A stretch of DNA of 37,316 nt from Octopus bimaculoides. Its lineage: Eukaryota. Positions within the stretch are counted from its first letter, which is position 1. Each line of letters starts with the position of its first letter. Position numbers and translations under genes: made by a program. Shown here one piece after another: positions 34,844 to 37,316 of the stretch. The stretch is taken from the NCBI RefSeq assembly GCF_001194135.2, contig NC_069000.1, positions 15,452,416 through 15,489,731 on the forward strand, read 5' to 3'. The notes below the pieces were generated by a model. It saw only the letters and a program-made list of their open reading frames with translations, was not told the origin of the DNA and did no database searches.

Positions 34844-37316
34844 GTTAATATTATTATTATTATTATTTTACTGGAATTTGACGAAGCCATTGCGAATAAG
34901 AAGCAGTAATGCATTTAGTAAGGGTATCAATTCAGTCTTTGAATTCGATCAAGGAAATTTGGAAAAGTCATTGGCATTGTTCTTGAAGATATCGTAATTT
35001 GAAAGTAACCTCACAGTTTACCTATTCTCTCATCTACAATTTCTTTCTCTCGTAATCACTCCCTCTTTCCCTCTTACCTTTTCTCTCTTTCTCATTTCAC
35101 ACACACACACACGTTCACACATATATGAATTTATATTAGACCAATTACATATTCCATATAAGGCCGTGTATATTTATACAAGATCTTACCACTTGTTGGC
35201 ATAGCAGGATAATCTTGAAGATCGTGGTTGAGGAATACACCGAACATTGTTTTCAGATGGGTAAAATCAGGATTGACGTTTTCTTCAGTACTGGCGCCAT
35301 GGAATGTTGTACTAACCAATCGAGCTCCAGGAAGGTTTCCTCCATTAACACCGGTAGCACGAGGAGCGCTGAGATCTATTGAGAAACAAAAAAGAAAATT
35401 CATTTTATTTTATTCACAGTGTATTTTTGAAGTATAAGATTTCTTTTATTATTTTTGAAAATAATATTGTAGAAAACCTCAAATTTGTAGAGAAAGTGAA
35501 ACGGGATGTTATGGTTTCCGTGCGTTTTCGAAATCCGTCAATGAAATGGAACATGAAAGTAAGTAAATAAGTACAAACTGAAAATGGAACTCGAGCCGCG
35601 GATTTACAGAAGAATCGAACCCGCGATGCCATTTTACATGTATGTATGTATGTATGTATGTATGTATGTATGTCATTATTCAATCTTGTTTCAAGATTTC
35701 TTGCTAATAGAGGAAGAGCCTGTTTCTAACCTAGATCCAAGGTTTCTTTGGAATTTCAACAACAACAAGGCATTTTTGTATGTATGTACATACATACATA
35801 CATACATACATATGTAGGTTCTCAAAACCAGAAAGGAGAAAGCAAGACTTTTCTCAAGTTCCAAATGTGAATCGGTTTGTGTTAACTACATCCCAAAGAT
35901 AGAGCCTTGTATCTTTGTTAGAAACCGGCTCCCTCAGTGGAAGAGTTATAATAATTAAAAAATAGAAGAGACATACATACATACATACATACATACATGC
36001 ATACATACATACATACATACATACATACATGCATACATAGGCATAATAAGAAGGAGCACTGGTGGAATGTCTCAGTTAAAACCTCAATAAATTGTAAACA
36101 TAACCAACTTGATATAGTGATTTGGAATAGAGAAGAGAAACTGAGTATAGCAGCAGAAATCAGCTGCCTATCAGATGTTAACCTAAAGCTAACGATCGGC
36201 GAAAAATACTCTACCCAGATTACAAGTTCAGGTTTATTCTTGTAATTATTAGGGCACTAGGATACGTAGCACACTGCCTAAGTAACAATCTTGAGAAATT
36301 AAGGCTTCTCCGAACCAGAAAGGTTAAATCTGATTCGAAGACAACAGATCTAAGTCATCATTGGAACTGTAAAAAGTCGTAGGACTTCCCAGAAATTTAT
36401 CATTTAAGTGCGCATGTCTGGAAATGCAACTATATACGTGAGAAAACAGACATAAAAAAAATCATACAAATCTGCACATGCACTGACTCCAAATACTGCA
36501 CACATAGACACATGCAGTGAAGGAGCCTTGGATCTAGGTTAGAAACCGGCTCTTTCTCTATTGACATTATGATGGGCGTGACATTAATTCCGACTCTTGA
36601 GATTATTCATTCTAACTTACCGTCTTCGTAAACAGCTGGCAAATAACGATCGAAAGGAGTGTTTGATCGGCCAAGATAGGGGAACTGAATGTTGTTACAA
36701 GAGCCATCAGCAGAACGGTAAGGAGCTGCAACATCACAAGTTAAGGCTTCGACGAACGGACAATTCTCAACAAGTTCCAAAGGAGGCTGGACTGCAGGTA
36801 GAAGATTTTCTGCTGTGATAGCTCCATCGTCTAACCTGAAAAATAATTTATTCTTTTCTTAATGGTCACAAGGACTAATATAAATCACAAGACTATAGTA
36901 GAAAGCACTTTCCCAAATGGGACTGAACCTGGTACAATGTGGTTGGGAAGCAAACTTCTTACCACACAGCCATGCCTGCGCCTATGTATATATATATGAT
37001 GAGCTTCTTTCAGTTTCCGCCTACCAAATCCACTCACAACGATTTAATCGGTCCGAGGCTATAATAGAAAACACTTGTCCAAGGTCTCACGCAGTGGGAT
37101 TGAAACCGGAACCATGTTGTTGTGGAGCAAGTTTCTTACAGCCACGCCTTTTTGTTCAACCATTCTAACCATTCTGCCAAGCCGCCGGAGATGGCGGAGC
37201 AACGATGATCATGATGGTGATGATGATGATGAAAAGGTGGAGGGAGAGGAGAAGAAACTAAGCGATCGACTTACAGCTGTTGAATCAGTCTTCCAGTGAC
37301 CACAAATACAAGACCG
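23169..37316 (-). CDS. Animal haem peroxidase family protein (chorion peroxidase/peroxidasin-like domain) with C-terminal TSP1-like module, 5' incomplete; join(37275->37316, 36621-36835, 35190-35375, 34224-34248, 31955->32012, 30899-31000, 30615-30713, 28491-28959, 26956-27168, 25323-25489, 24291-24393, 23169-23379)
   Basis: Family motifs appear in order: [95 protein letters not shown]. All visible junctions are GT-AG and phase-compatible. Confidence 0.92.
24291..24393 (-). CDS. Peroxidase exon (DTLAAVRNVTMSRLICDNTNIEQIQADAFLRISD)
   Basis: Acceptor cattttag, donor GTAAGT; xxICDN motif. Confidence 0.9.
25323..25489 (-). CDS. Peroxidase exon (SVADIDVWSGGVSE...[33 protein letters not shown])
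   Basis: GDRFWYEN motif; AG/GT junctions. Confidence 0.93.
25575..25945 (+). mobile_element. SINE family A head followed by a young SINE family B copy
   Basis: GTGAGTGAATTTGGTAGACGGAAACTG (family A) followed by GAGCTGACAGAATCGTTAGC...GTTTAGCCCCTTGTGG (family B). Confidence 0.75.
26956..27168 (-). CDS. Peroxidase exon (LMSEDLTNRL...[27 protein letters not shown]...QLY)
   Basis: Acceptor ttttgcag, donor GTGAGT. Confidence 0.93.
27334..27698 (-). mobile_element. SINE family C copy with perfect 13-bp TSD
   Basis: ATTTTGTTACCAT at 27321-27333 and 27699-27711. Confidence 0.88.
28491..28959 (-). CDS. Peroxidase exon with distal Arg and proximal His (GDNRVNVQP...REHNR...GIIYSHSG...QEVD)
   Basis: Open frame of 155 codons with family motifs. 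Confidence 0.95.
30310..30560 (-). mobile_element. CORE-type SINE
   Basis: Homologous to 11952-12212. Confidence 0.7.
30615..30713 (-). CDS. Peroxidase exon (GLMRTTPTDDLDLLPQSNTTFCLASEGNLCFIG)
   Basis: Acceptor atttgcag, donor GTGGGT; joins to GDNR. Confidence 0.9.
30899..31000 (-). CDS. Peroxidase exon ([34 protein letters not shown])
   Basis: Ca-binding TSYIDAS motif; AG/GTAAGT junctions. Confidence 0.92.
31495..31925 (-). mobile_element. Two tandem SINE family B copies (further fragments at 31085-31200, 32377-32458 and 34050-34205)
   Basis: Two head-to-tail units of about 215 bp starting (T/C)TAGGCA(C/T)AAGGCCCG. Confidence 0.8.
31955..32012 (-). CDS. Peroxidase exon, 3' part only (RTCMAYTRSLATPPLSCAL); 5' part lies in the N gap
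   Basis: CMxxxRS...C motif and donor GTAAGT; abuts gap 32013-32376. Confidence 0.85.
33105..33444 (-). mobile_element. SINE family C copy with perfect 13-bp TSD and an internal head deletion
   Basis: ATCGATTACATAG at 33092-33104 and 33445-33457; the B-box region is missing (CAACGCCC joins ACTGGG). Confidence 0.88.
34224..34248 (-). CDS. Peroxidase 25-nt microexon (GDCCETDD)
   Basis: Strong polypyrimidine acceptor ttttctaccag and donor GTAAGT; correct incoming phase; supplies the CC motif expected here. Confidence 0.75.
34782..34868. repeat. (ATT)n microsatellite
   Basis: Seen directly. Confidence 0.95.
35190..35375 (-). CDS. Peroxidase exon with distal His (DLSAPR...LPGARLVS...[19 protein letters not shown])
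   Basis: Acceptor ctcaatag, donor GTAAGA. Confidence 0.92.
35972..36040. repeat. (TACA)n microsatellite; complementary (TATG)n at 35638-35672
   Basis: Seen directly. Confidence 0.9.
36621..36835 (-). CDS. Peroxidase exon (LDDGAIT...[39 protein letters not shown])
   Basis: Acceptor tttttcag, donor GTAAGT; YRxxDGxCNN motif. Confidence 0.92.
36870..37150 (-). mobile_element. Two adjacent SINE family A head fragments
   Basis: CTATA(G/A)TAGAA...CCAA...GGGA(C/T)TGAA..CC occurs twice. Confidence 0.65.
37275..37316 (-). CDS. Peroxidase exon running out of the window (GLVFVVTGRLIQQL)
   Basis: Donor GTAAGT at 37274-37269; phase 2 joins the next exon in frame. Confidence 0.65.

Overview
AT-rich (microsatellite-, SINE- and gap-rich) eukaryotic genomic DNA. 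The repeat content suggests a cephalopod, probably Octopus (inference). Three protein-coding genes were reconstructed by hand. (1) An ASB3 orthologue (ankyrin repeats plus SOCS box) on the minus strand: 7 coding exons from 17069 to 4518, 566 aa. (2) An intronless SPATA24-like coiled-coil gene on the plus strand (17678-18397, 239 aa), head-to-head with ASB3, with 608 bp between the start codons. (3) A minus-strand animal haem peroxidase family gene with 12 visible coding exons, running from beyond the window end to 23169. It includes a 25-nt microexon and one exon half hidden in an N gap. It keeps the distal His/Arg and proximal His but has lost most other haem-binding residues, and it ends in an atypical TSP1-like module. 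Non-coding highlights: a 5'-truncated Penelope-like insertion in ASB3 intron 4 (16-bp TSD, inverted terminal segment, GIY-YIG C-terminal remnant, internal tRNA-like module, hammerhead-ribozyme remnants), and a family of short (TA)n-embedded elements carrying minimal hammerhead-like motifs. Most short ORFs in the supplied track are microsatellite or gap artefacts.
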